Below, one piece after another: positions 11,974 to 23,513 of a DNA stretch of 64,000 nt. Positions within the stretch are counted from its first letter, which is position 1; the number at the start of each line of letters is the position of its first letter. The notes under the pieces are model-generated. The model worked only from the letters and a program-made list of their open reading frames with translations. It had not been told where the DNA came from and did no database searches. A program made the translations under genes and the position numbers. Source of the stretch: Malacoraja senta (taxonomy: Eukaryota). The DNA lies in NCBI GenBank assembly GCA_038087875.1, contig CM075993.1:10294001-10358000 (forward strand), read 5' to 3'.

Positions 11974-14488
11974 GGCGCTTGTGGAAAAAATCCCCATAGA
12001 CCCACAGTAAACGGACCTGGAAAACATGAAAAAAGTTTCTACTTACCTTGTAGTTGAAAAACTACAAACCACTGGAGGAGCTCTGCTCCTCACGTCCGTT
12101 TGCGTCAAGGCGTCTGACGTAATGACGCGCAGGCGCACTGGCGGGGTTCTTCACGTAGTCACTCACGTGACTCCGAAGTAAAATCCAGGCAAGTGTGAGC
12201 TAATGTCTTTCAGGGTCAAATACTCACCGGATGTATACAACAAATGGCAAGTTCCTTTGAAGCACTGATGTACAGCGAGGTGTTGGGGTGTAAGCTCTTA
12301 GCTCCCTGAAACTGGTGACACAGGTAGTGAAAAGGGTATTTTAGCTTGCTTGCCTTTACAAGCAGATCTATTCGGTATATGAGATGGGACATCATGTTGC
12401 AGCTGTACAAGAAATTGGATAGATCATACTTGCAATATTGTGTGCACTTCTGATCATCACACTGCAGAAAGGATGTGGTAGCGAGAGAGAGAGAGTGAAT
12501 TCTAAGAGATTCACCAGGATGTTGCCTGGCATGGAGGGCATTGATTACATGTAGAGTGGATAGGCTGTGATTGTTCTCATTGAAACACAGGAGGCTGAGG
12601 GTCGACGTTATAGAAGCTTACAAAATTCTGAGTGGCATAGAAAGGGTAGATAATCACAGTGGTTTTCCAAGGGTAGGGTCTAAAACTAACGGATACAGGT
12701 TTAAGGCGAGGGGAAATAGTTAAAAGAGATCAAGTTTTTCACGCAGGTACAATCTCAGCAATTTAAATTGAAGGGTTTCAGCCCGAAACGTTGCCTATTT
12801 CCTTCGCTCCATAGATGCTGCTGCACCCGCTGAGTTTCTCCAGCATTTTTGTGTACCTTCGATTTTCCAGCATCTGCAGTTCCTTCTTAAAGAAATAGAG
12901 GGATCTGGGCCAAATACAGGAAAATGGGATGAGCATAGATAGGCACCTTGGTTGGTAAGGACACCCGGAACGTCTGTTTCCCCACTGTACGACTATGAAT
13001 TAATCTAAATATCTTGTGATACGTTACTATTGACAGTGTAATGACAACATTTCTCTTAAACCGGATTGTTCAACAGGACAGAGTCCTTCCACTGAAGCCT
13101 TCTCTCCTAACATCCTGCCATTGGTTCCCCAGTGGAACGATTGGAAAGTTCTTCCCATTCTTAACATTCCAGTTGGCCAACAGTCACCTTTACTGCACAT
13201 GACTGTACCTTCATTATTGTTTTTTTTCTTCTTAAGATGACATTGGGTGACAATGCATTCCCCCTTATCTAATCTGTCATGTGCCTGTAAAGCTGCAGCA
13301 ATAATTGTTGCTGTTCATATCTGGTGCATATGACAAATAGACACTTGTGAACTGACCGACTGTAATATCATTGTCATCATCAAATGTGACCATGGTGGTG
13401 CATTCATCGTTAGATAATACCTCCACTATCGGACTCTACTGGCTTTATCTTGCACTTAACGTTATTCCCTTCTCATGTCTCTGTACACTGTGGATGTAAT
13501 CGATTGTAATCTTGTATTGTCTTACCGCTGACTGGTTAGCGCGCAACAAACGTGACAATAAACTAAACTGAACTCTTCTGGTTTTGCATCTCCGTATGCC
13601 ACGCATCTCATCTCTCCTTTAAAGTTTTTGTGGCTTATCATCTTATATACCCAACCTTCTTTTGACCCTGCTTTCATCAATTACATTGAATAATTCGTTG
13701 TTCAACTTTCATCTGAATTCCTTGCAACTTTTCCTTTCAACGTAAGCTATGAAATGTCACCAACTGGGTACTCGAGCACTGTCCTTGCAGTATTCTGTTC
13801 AGTGAAATCAAAGGTTGGGATGGTTAACAACGTGGTTACTCAAGGTCTAGCACCTGTCATGTATTGACAAAAAAATTAATAATTTCAACTTCAAAGCGAT
13901 CAAAGGTTTTTACAAAATAACTACTTTAAGTAAATCATTAAATGTCATTATTTAGACTTTGGGAATTGGACCTAGACTTTTGACTGAGGTTATTAATTTT
14001 AAGTATTATTCAAATTTTGATTTGGGTATGCACAGGAAGAATTTCAGACCTGCTTGACATACTGAAAAAACTACAATATAATTTCCTAATGCAACATAAA
14101 ATGGGAAACACAATGGGTTCAATTCAAGGATTGCCTCAATAAAGCATGTTTGATCTGATGCAGGGCCTCAACCCAAAATGGTGCCCATCACTTTGCCTCC
14201 ACAGATATGTTATGTTTCTCAAGCAGTAGCAACCTGAAGAAGGGTTTTGACCCGAAACACCACCTGCTCCTTTTCTCGAGATGCTGCCTGACCCACTGAG
14301 TTACTCCAGCAGTTTGTTTTCTTGCTCCAGATTCCAAAATGTGTAGTCTCTTGTATAAAATCTGTTTCACGTTTGTGCAGCAGTTTACTGCTGATCATGT
14401 GAATTAGCTGTGTCAAATTGTTACAATCCAAGCCTTGACCATATACACTTTGATAGATGACCAATAGGACAGAGAACCATTTCCTTAC

Positions 14489-14524
14489 CTCTAGCTACTT
14501 GTATTGTTGCTTTCAGGAAGCTAT
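14489..14524 (-). CDS. Candidate exon A of the minus-strand gene ((HS)FLKATIQVAR-G), 5' edge cut by a CR1 insertion
   Basis: Strong donor GAG|GTAAGG in phase 1, compatible with exon B. The acceptor is either tctatAG at 14521-14522 or the pre-insertion cttgctgtccAG at 18599-18600. Confidence 0.35.
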
Positions 14525-15630
14525 AGATTGTATTCTGCATTAGGATGGAGAGTGACACGGTTAATTCAGACACTAGGGTCCTGAACTTGAATAAAGGAGA
14601 CTTTGAAGATATAAAACAGGAATTGGCTGGGATAGACTGGCAAATTATACTTAAAGGGTTGACGGTGGAGATGCAATGGCAAAGATTTAAAGACCGCATG
14701 GATGAACTCCAGAAATTGTTCTTCCCTGTCTGCCGAAAAAATAAAACTGGGAAGGCAGCTCAACCGTGGCTGACGAGAGAAGTCAAGGATAGTGTTAAAT
14801 CCAAGGAAGAGGCATATAAATTGGCCCGAGGAAGCAGCAAACTGGAGGACTGGGAGAAATTTAGAACTCAACAGATGAGGTAAGAGGGGTTAATTAAGAG
14901 GGGGACAAAAGAGCATGAAAGAAAGCTTGCGGGGAATATAAAAACTGTGTAAAAGCTTCTTTAGATATGTAAAAATGAAAAGATTAGTGAAGACATATGT
15001 AGGTCCCTTACAATCAGAGACAGGTGAATTTATAATGGGAAACAAGGAAATGGCAGAACAGTTAAACAAGTACTTTGGTTCTGTCTTCACAAAGGAAGAC
15101 ACAAATAATCTCCTGGAAATACTAGGGGATCGAGGATCTAGTGGGAGGGAGGAACAGAAGGGAATCCACATTAGTCAGGAAATGGTGTTAGGTAAACTGT
15201 TGGGACTGAAGGCAGATAAATCCCCAGGGCCTGATGGGCTGCATCCCAGAGTACTCAAGGAGTTGGCCCTAGAAATCGTGGATGCATTGGTGAACATTTT
15301 CCAATGTTCTCTTGACTCTGGATCAGTTCATGTAGGCTGGAGGGTAGCCAATGTAACTCCACATTTTAAGAAAGGAGGGACAGAGAAAATGGGGAATTAT
15401 ACACCAATTAGCCTTACATCAGTAGTGGGGAAGATGCTTGAGTCAATTATTAAAGATGTTATGGCAGAGCATTTGGAAAGCAGTGACAGGATCGGTGAGT
15501 CAGCATGGATTTATGAGGGGGAAATCATGCTTGACTAATTTTCTGGAATTTTTTGAGGATGTAACAAGTAGAATGGATAAGGGAGAGCCAGTGGACGTGG
15601 TGTATCTGGACCTTCAAAAAGCCTTTGACA

Positions 15631-15899
15631 GACAATAGTTTCAGGCGTAGGCCATTCGGCCCTTCGAGCCAGCACCGCCATTCACTGTGATCATAGCTGA
15701 TCATCAACAATCAGTACCCCGTTCTTGCCTTCTCCCCATATCCCTTGACTCCGCTATCTTTAAGAGCTCTATCTAACTCTCTCTTGAAAGCATCCAGAGA
15801 ATTGGCCTCCACTGCCTTCTGAGGCAGAGAATTCCACAGATTCACAACTCTGTGTGAATTTATTTTTCCTCATCTCCGTTCTAAATGGCGTACCCCTTA
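15631..15899 (-). mobile_element. CR1 3' end nested antisense in the CR1
   Basis: Interrupts the host motif KAFD|KVP (GCCTTTGACA..GGTCCCAC). Homologous to 449-730. Confidence 0.8.
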
Positions 15900-16125
15900 G
15901 GTCCCACGAGGAGATTAGTGTGCAAATTTAGAGCACATGGTATTAGGGATAGGGTAGTGACATGGATAAAGAACTGGTTGGCAGAAAGGAAGCAAAGAGT
16001 AGGAATTAACGGGTCCTTTTCAGAATGGCAGGCGGTGACTAGTGGGGTGCCACAAGGCTCGGTGCTGGCACTCCAATTATTTTCAATATATATTAACGAT
16101 TTAAACGTGGGAATCAAAGTGACAT

Positions 16126-17782
16126 TCAAGATTCAAGAGTCAAGAGAGTTTATTGTCATGTGTCCCTGATAGGACAATGAAATTCTTGCTTTGCTTCAGC
16201 ACAACAGAACATAGTAGGCAAGACTACAGAACGGATCAGTGTGTCCATATACCATTATATAAATATATACACACATGAATAAATAAACTGATAAAGTGCA
16301 AATAAACAGATAATGGGCTATTAATGTTCAGAGTTTTGTCCGAGCCAAGTTTAATAGCCTGATGGCTGTGGGAAAGTTGCTATTCCTGAACCTGGTCGTT
16401 GCAGTCTTCAGGCTCCTGTACCTTCTACCTGAAGGTAGTGGGGAGATGAGTGTGTGGCCAGGATGGCGTGGGTCCTTGATGATACTGCCAGCCTTTTTGA
16501 GGCAGCGACTGCGATAGATCCCCTCGAAGAAAGGGAGGTCAGAGCCGATGATGGACTGGGCAGTGTTTACTACTTTTTGTAGTCTTTTTCGCTCCAGGGT
16601 GCTCAAGTTGCCGAACCAAGCCACGATGCAACCGGTCAGCATGCTCTCTACTGTGCACCTGTAGAAGTTAGAGAGAGTCCTCCTTGACAAACCGACTCAC
16701 CGTAATCTTCTCAGGAAGTAGAGGCGCTGATGTGCTTTCTTAATAATTGCATCAGTGTTCTCGGACCAGGAAAGATCTTCAGAGATGTGCACGCCCAGGA
16801 ATTTGAAGCTCTTGACCCTTTCAACCATCGACCCGTTGATATAAACGGGACTGTGGGTCCCCATCCTACTCCTTCCAAAGTCCACAATCAGTTCCTTGGT
16901 TTTGCTGGTGTTAAGGGCCAGGTTATTATGCTGGCACCATATGGACAGTCGCTCGATCTCTCTTCTATACTCCGACTCATCCCCATCAGTGATACGTCCC
17001 ACAACAGTGGTGTCGTCAGCGAACTTGATGATGGAGTTCGCACTATGACCGGCTACGCAGTCATGAGTATAGAGTGAGTACAGCAGGGGGCTGAGCACGT
17101 AGCCTTGAGGTGCTCCCGTGCTGATTGTTATCGAGGCTGACACATTTTCACCAATACGAACAGACTGTGGTCTGTGAATGAGGAAGTCGAGGATCCAATT
17201 GCAGAGGGATGCAGAGACCCAGTTCTGCAAGTTTGGTAACCAGCTTGGAGGGGATGATTGTATTAAATGCCGAGCTGTAATCAATGAATAACAGCCTGAC
17301 ATATGAGTTTTTGTTGTCCAGTGGTCCAGAGCGGAGTGGAGAGCCAGCGAGATTGCATCCACCATTGATCTGTTGTGGCGGTAAGCGAACTGCAATGGGT
17401 CCAGGTTTTTGTCGATGTAGGAGTTGAATTGCGCCATGATCAACCTCTCAAAGCACGTCATCACCACAGGCGTTAGTGCCACTGGTCGGTAGTCATTGAG
17501 GCACGTCACCTTGCTCTTCTTGGGCACTGGTATAATTGATGCCCTTTTAAAGCTGGTGGGAACCTCAGACCTCAGAAGTGAGAGGTTGAAAATGTCCGTA
17601 AAAACTCCAGCCAGTTGGTCCGCACAGGTTTTTAGAATACGACCGGGTATACCATCAGGTCCAGGCGCTTTTCGAGGGTTCACCCCTCTGAAGAATTTCC
17701 TGACGTCGGCCTCTGTGACTGAGACTGAAATACCATCACAGCGAATGGGGGCTCGGGAAGGCACATCAGTATTCTCCCAAGT
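16126..17782 (-). mobile_element. Rex1/Babar LINE, 5'-truncated, nested in CR1
   Basis: [75 protein letters not shown]. (TCTTGA)n-like tail at 16126-16146. Confidence 0.9.
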
Positions 17783-18654
17783 TTGGGAGATCTCCAAGTT
17801 TGCGGATGACACAAAGCTGGGTGGCAGTGTGAGCCGCAATGAGGATGTTATGAGGCTGCAGGGTGACTTGGATAGGTTGGGTGAGTGGGTAGATGTATGG
17901 CAGATGCAGAATATTGTGGATAAATGTGAGGTTATCCACTTTGGTGACAAGAACAGGAAGGCAGATTATTTCCTGATTGGTGTCAAATTAGGAAAAGGGG
18001 AGGTGCAACGAGACCTGGGTGTGCACGTATATCAGTCACTGAAAGTTAGCGTGCCGGTACAGCAGGCAGTGAAGAAAGCTCATGGCATGTTGGCCTTCAT
18101 TACGAGGATTTGAGTTTAGGCGCAAGGAGGTCCTACTGCAGTTGTACAGGGCCCTGGTGAGCCCGCACCTGGAGTATTGTGTCTAATTTTGGTCTCCTAA
18201 TTTGAGGAAGAACATTATTGCTATTGAGGGAGTGCAGCCTAATTCTCGGGCGAGACTGAAGGATGCAGGGAAAATGTTCCCGATGTTGGGGGAGCCCAGA
18301 ATCAGGGGTCACAGTTTAAGAATAAGGGGTAGGCCATTTACGACTGAGAAGAGGAAAAACGTTTTCACCCAGAGTTGTGAATCTGTGGAATTCTCTGCCA
18401 CAGAAGGCAGTGGAGGCCAATTCACTGGATGTATTCAAGTGAGAGTTATATTTAGCTCATAGGGTTAAAGGAATCAAGGGATATGAGGAAAAAGCAGGAA
18501 TGGGATACTGATTTTAGATGATCAGCCATGATCATGTAGAATGGCGGTGCTGGCTCGAAGGGCCGAATGGCCTACGCCTGCACCTATTTTTCTATGAACT
18601 GGACAGCAAGATTGCTCTGTACATCAATGCCGTTAAGGATCCTCAATGATTTCA

Positions 18655-18977
18655 ATGCTGAACATCCCGCGGTCTAGGCATAAGCTCAGGGGCGACTGCG
18701 CCTTTACGGTTGCAGCTCCTAGACTGTGGAACAGCATCCTCTTCCATCAGAACTGCCCCCTCCGACTCCTTTAAGTCGAGACTTAAAACTCATCTCTACT
18801 CCCAAGCCTTTCTTGACGTCCTCTGACCGAGGGGCAATATGTATGCAGTGACGTTTGTATTTAATCTATGAACCACTGTTGTTTGTTATACTATTCTTAT
18901 ACCAATGTAAAGCACTTTTGGCCAACGAGAGTTGCTTTGTAAATGTGCTAATAAATAAAAGTGACTCTGACTTGACT
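18655..18977 (+). mobile_element. L2 LINE 3' end
   Basis: Near-identical to 6300-6600 on the opposite strand. AATAAA plus (TGACT)n tail. Confidence 0.8.
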
Positions 18978-20239
18978 TCAATGGGTTATTTTTTTGTCAC
19001 GTATACCAGGTACAGTGAAATAGTTTTACATACAGCTCAACAAGACTATCCCCATACATAAACACAATCACCAACGGTCAGTACAGTATGCATAGAACAG
19101 TCCAGAGTCCATATGCAACTGGCCACAAAGGCCCATTGCAGCCGTTGTCCTTATTACACTTGTCCCGTGAATCAACGTCCCTCTCCTTGCACGGCCTCTC
19201 CAGCCCTTGATCCTCGGAGGGTGCTCCCGCAGCCGACCTCGAGGGCGCGGAAGATAAGACCCCCCCTGGTTGTTCTTACCAGGCCCCCTTGTGCAGCGTC
19301 CACCATTGTCTCCCTCCACCGTTTCTCCAGATCCCAATCCACCGGGTGAGCAGGGGCCTGCGGTTGGGATAAAGCCTCGGCTTTCTGGGCTGAGCCCCAG
19401 GCTGCTGCAGGGCTTCCAGCCACCTTCTCCGTCGTCGAGGCTCTGCACTGTCTCTCTGCTTACTAGCCCTCTGACTCCTTCCTCTCAGGTCCACAGAACA
19501 TAACTTCCACAATTTCTCAAATCAAAGGAGTAGAATTAGGCCATTCGGCCCATCTACTCTGCCATTCTATCATGGCTGATCTCCACCTCCTAATCCCATT
19601 TTCCTGCCTTCTCCCCATGTCCTTGCTTTTGTGCTCTGAATCCTGAGATACCACATAATATGCCCTGCCATTAACACAAATTTATGCACCGATACCCAAG
19701 ACCCTGTTACTGCACAACACAAAACTTTGCCTATTTCCTTCGCTCCATAGATGCTGCCTCACCCACTGAATTTCTCCAGCATTTTTGTCTACCTTCGATT
19801 TTCCAGCATCTGCAGTTCCTTCTTGAACATTTAATGTACATTTTCTCATTAATTCTGCTATGTACTCAGGTTAAAAGAACGTTGTGCATAAAATTACTAA
19901 GTTATACAAACTGTGGAAGGATAAACCTTGTAGACACAAAATGCTGGGAGTAACTCAGTGGGTCAGGCAACATCTCTGGATAGAAGGAATGGGTGACATT
20001 TCGGGTCGAGACACTTTTTCAGACTTCATCTGAAAGGATAACCCTTTTCTATTAACTAGGGGACAAAGATTAGGCAGAAAGATCAGAAGGGAGTTAAAGA
20101 CATTATATTTCACAAAGAACATTGTGGGGTTGGCATTCATTGCCAGATCAGGTAAAGGCAGAATATCTGGAAAAAACATGTCACAATCTTTACTATTACC
20201 GGGTCGAAGCTGGGTATGTATCATTATTCTGGAATAGAT

Positions 20240-20378
20240 CTTCTTCTTGCATATGGCGTGCACAGCCTAAAGTTGTTAGGACAACTTGCTCTATTTGATC
20301 TTAATTGATTGTGCACGCCAGGTTGATTGCATTCATTGAAACAGGGCGGGCCACGTGAAGGTTGCAATCTCCCACCCC
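20240..20378 (-). mobile_element. 139-bp non-autonomous retroposon with 5' HDV-like ribozyme, (GAA)n tail and 12-bp TSD
   Basis: Perfect direct repeat TCTGGAATAGAT at 20228-20239 and 20379-20390. The minus strand ends in CAAGAAGAAG. Confidence 0.85.
20325..20378 (-). ncRNA. Minimal HDV-like (CPEB3-type) ribozyme fold; catalytic C appears mutated to U in this copy
   Basis: GGGGUGG-GA-GAUUGCA-ACC-UUCACGU-GGC-CCGCCCU-GU-UUCAA-UGAA-UGCAAUC = P1, J1/2, P2, P3, L3, P3', P1', P1.1, stub P4, J4/2, P2'. Confidence 0.75.
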
Positions 20379-21249
20379 TCTGGAATAGATTAGTTGGAGG
20401 AAAGGTAAAAGTGGTGAAAGAAATTACAAAGTTAAAACAACATTATTATTTATTCCTTATGTGGGTAAATGCTCTTGTGGACTGAATGGTCAGTTTGCCT
20501 CTTGTAATTTCTATGCATGTTGCAGCACATTCATGTAATAGCAGCTGAGTGCACATTTAACATTATACAAACTCAAACCCAACAGTGAAAGAGTAGGGAT
20601 TAATTCTGATTTTGCTATAGCAGGTTCAAGCCCCTCCGACGCTGCTACTCTCCTGCAAAACTGCACGGAAAGTGTCATATAATTCGGTAGGCAATTGAGA
20701 TTAATGCAGTTTTATTGGGGAAAAGTGGGGTATGGGATTTATCTGTTAGGTGCTAGCAGGTACTAGATGACAGGTACTGGTACTAGGTACTAGTGGACTT
20801 TATTGCAATAAATCTAAACTTGGATCTACCTTTTCGTTCTCAGTTCCATGCACCTTGCCCTCTACGGTACTCACCCATTTTGTACTTAAATGTTTTCCAT
20901 TAATTACCACTGCGGTATCATTCTGGTCGATTAATTGGTTAGATAGAGAGCAGAGATTTACGAGGCTGTTGCCAGGAATTGAGGGCCTGAGTTATAGGAA
21001 AGGGTTGGGCAGGCTGGGACTTTATTCTTTAGAGTCCATGAGGCTGAGTGGTGATCATATAGACGTATATAAAATAATAATAGGAATAGACAGGGCAAGT
21101 GCATAGGATCTTTTAGCCATGGTGGAAGACTAAAGAATCTGAGAACATAGGTTTAAGTTGAAAGGGCAAATATTTAATATTTTATGTGTACACAGACACT
21201 GAACTATTATTTTCCACGTTTATTATATTGTTTACAGAGTACTATGTTT

Positions 21250-22130
21250 ACATGTGTAGGAACTGCAGATGCTGGTTTAAACCGAAGGTAGACACAAAAT
21301 GCTGGAGTAACGTAGCGGGACAGGCAGCATCTCTGGGGAGAAGGAATCGGTGACGTTTCAGGTCGAGACCCTTCTTCAGAAGGATGTCAGGGGAAAGGGA
21401 GATAGATAGATAGATAGATAGATAGATAAGGATGTGTAAGGTGTGAAACCAGGACAAAGGGGATGAAGTTCAAGGAAAATGTAGAATAGATCATTGTTAG
21501 CTGGGAGAAGGTAACAACAAAGCAAAGAGATAAAATGTACTTGGAAACAGTCAGACTGGTCGGAGAACTGGGAAGGGAGAAGGATGGAGAGAGGGGAAAA
21601 CAAGGGTTACTTGAAGTTAGAGAAGTCAATGTTCTGAAGAATGTTCAGAATAGAGAAGAATGTTCTGAAAGTCTGAAGAAGGGGTTCGGCCCGAAACGTT
21701 GCTTCTTTCCTTCGCTCCATAGATGCTGCCGCACCCGCTGAGTTTCTCCAGCAAATTTGTCTACCTTCGATTCTCCAGCATCTGCAGTTCCTTCTTGAAC
21801 AATGTTCATACTGCTGGCATGCAAGCTGCCCAAACGAAATATGAGGTGCTGTTCCTCCAATTTGCGCTGGGCCTTACTCTGACAATGGTGGAGGCCCAGG
21901 ACAGAAAGGTCAGTGTGGGAATGGGAAGGGGAGTTAAAGTGTTTAGCAACCGGGAGATCAGGTAGGTTTAGGCGGACTGAGCGAAGGTGTTCAGCAAAAC
22001 AATCGCCGAGCCTGCGCATGGTCTCGCCGATATAGAGGACAGCTGGAACAGCGGATACAGTAGATAAGGTTGGAGGAGGTGCAAGTGAACCCCTGCCTCA
22101 CCTGAAAAGACTGTTGCAAGTGCCTCATTT
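21250..22130 (-). mobile_element. Penelope-like element 3' part: GIY-YIG endonuclease remnant plus terminal repeat, with a nested + strand mini-element at about 21635-21800
   Basis: FTCTSSNLIYCIRCSSCPLY.. and RRLGDCFAEHLRSV..LPVAKHFNSPSHS..RKLEEQHLIFRLGSL..MNI. Confidence 0.85.
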
Positions 22131-23513
22131 GAAAAGACTGAAAGACGCTCTCGATGCTCCGGGCTTCAGCTAGAGAAAGATTCTGGTTTATAAAAAGACA
22201 CAAAATGCTGGGGTAACTCAGTAGGTCAAGCGGCATCTCTGGAGAACATGGATAGGTGATGTTTGGAGTCGGGACCCAAAATCAGCGGTTGCATCCAAAC
22301 TCAGAAACTCTTAGTTGTCTCAGTAATTGCATGTGTGATTGGTTTATCCGTCACAGTCAACCTGTATGCAGTGCATAGTTCAATATCATTGCATTAGTGC
22401 TTTGTGTTTTTTGGAAATTTACATTACATTATATTACATTACATTACATTACAACGCAAAGTATTGACTGCGAATAGTACCAGATTGGTGCTTAAAGTTC
22501 CATCTGGTTCACTTTCCTCGCTTGTCAAGGATGTTTTATTGTCATATGTCCCAGACAGAACAATGAAATTCTTACTTGCAGCAGTACAACAGAATACGTT
22601 TAACAGAATGTGTAGGAAGGAACTGCAGATGCTGGTTTTGAGTCTATCTCATGTTAAACAGATTACCTGGCTTGGCCAGTTTTAATTTATACCTCAGAGT
22701 CAATAAATTTAATCGATTTATAGACAGCTGAGAATACTTATAATATTAATCAGTGTGAAGAAGGGCCTGAAACATCGCCTGTCCAATGTTCTCCACAGAT
22801 GCTGCCCGACCCGCTGAGTTACTCCAGCACTTTGTGTAGGAAGGAACTGCAGATGCTGGTTCACACCGAAGATAGACACAATATGCTGGAGTAACTCAGC
22901 AGGACAGGCAGCATCTCTGGATAGATGGAATGGGTTACATTTCGGGTCGGGACCCTTCTTCAGACTGGACACAAGGAAGTGTGAGGTGTAAAAACGAGAT
23001 ATCAAAGGAGATGCAAATCAAGGAAAATGTATAATGGATAATTGTTAGCTAGGATAAGGTGACAACGAAGCATACAGAGATAAAATTTAATCAGGGGGAC
23101 AGTCAGACTGGTTGGCGAACTAGGATAGGGAAGGAATGAAGAGGGCAAGGGTTACTTGAAGTTAGAGATGTCAATATTCATACTGCTGGGGCTCTGTATG
23201 CTTTGTTGTCACCTTCTCCTAGCTAACAATTCTACATTTCTACATTTTCCTTGACCTTTATCCCTTTGATGTCTCGTTTCCACACCTTACTCTTCTCCTT
23301 ATCCCTGTGTCTTCCTCTCTCCAACTCTCAGGCTGAAGGGTCTCGTCCCGAAATGTCACCTATTCCTTCTCTCCAGAGATGCTGCCCGCCCCGCAGTTAC
23401 TCCAACATTTCATGATTAACAGAATACCTGGCTTGGCCTGTTTTACCTTATAAATAAGTTAATAAATGTAATCGATTTATGGATTACTGAGAATACCTAG
23501 GTAGTATATACGA

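Larger units (their letters stand above)
7407..12184 (-). mobile_element. Full-length DIRS-1-like tyrosine-recombinase retrotransposon (decayed)
   Basis: Order gag-RT-RNaseH-methyltransferase-YR. Inverted terminal repeats 7481-7515 and 12123-12157. Internal complementary region 7639-7752. Both ends border an AAT trinucleotide. Confidence 0.95.
7170..13000 (+). mobile_element. Old CR1 LINE fragment split by the DIRS element (7170-7409 and 12185-13000)
   Basis: Rejoined host reads ATGGAGTTT-AAT-CCAGGCAAGTGTGAG, the CR1 'MEFNP.KCE' motif. Downstream CR1 motifs continue to about 13000. Outer boundaries approximate. Confidence 0.7.
14525..18591 (+). mobile_element. 5'-truncated CR1 LINE (RT region to 3' end) with two nested insertions
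   Basis: ORFs 14545..14883, 14975..15538 ([15 protein letters not shown]), 15885..16169 (SGVPQGSVL) and 17496..18113 ([10 protein letters not shown]). CTAT is shared at both junctions (14521-14524, 18592-18595). Confidence 0.92.

Noticed and set aside
16697..18113. 417-aa and 205-aa ORFs as single genes
   Set aside because: Chimeric frames crossing the Rex1/CR1 junction; the Rex1 part also has an internal frameshifted stretch.
20830..20940. Further upstream exon or start (MELRTKR) for the minus-strand gene
   Set aside because: Two competing donors, weak Kozak context and truncation by a CR1; too ambiguous to call.
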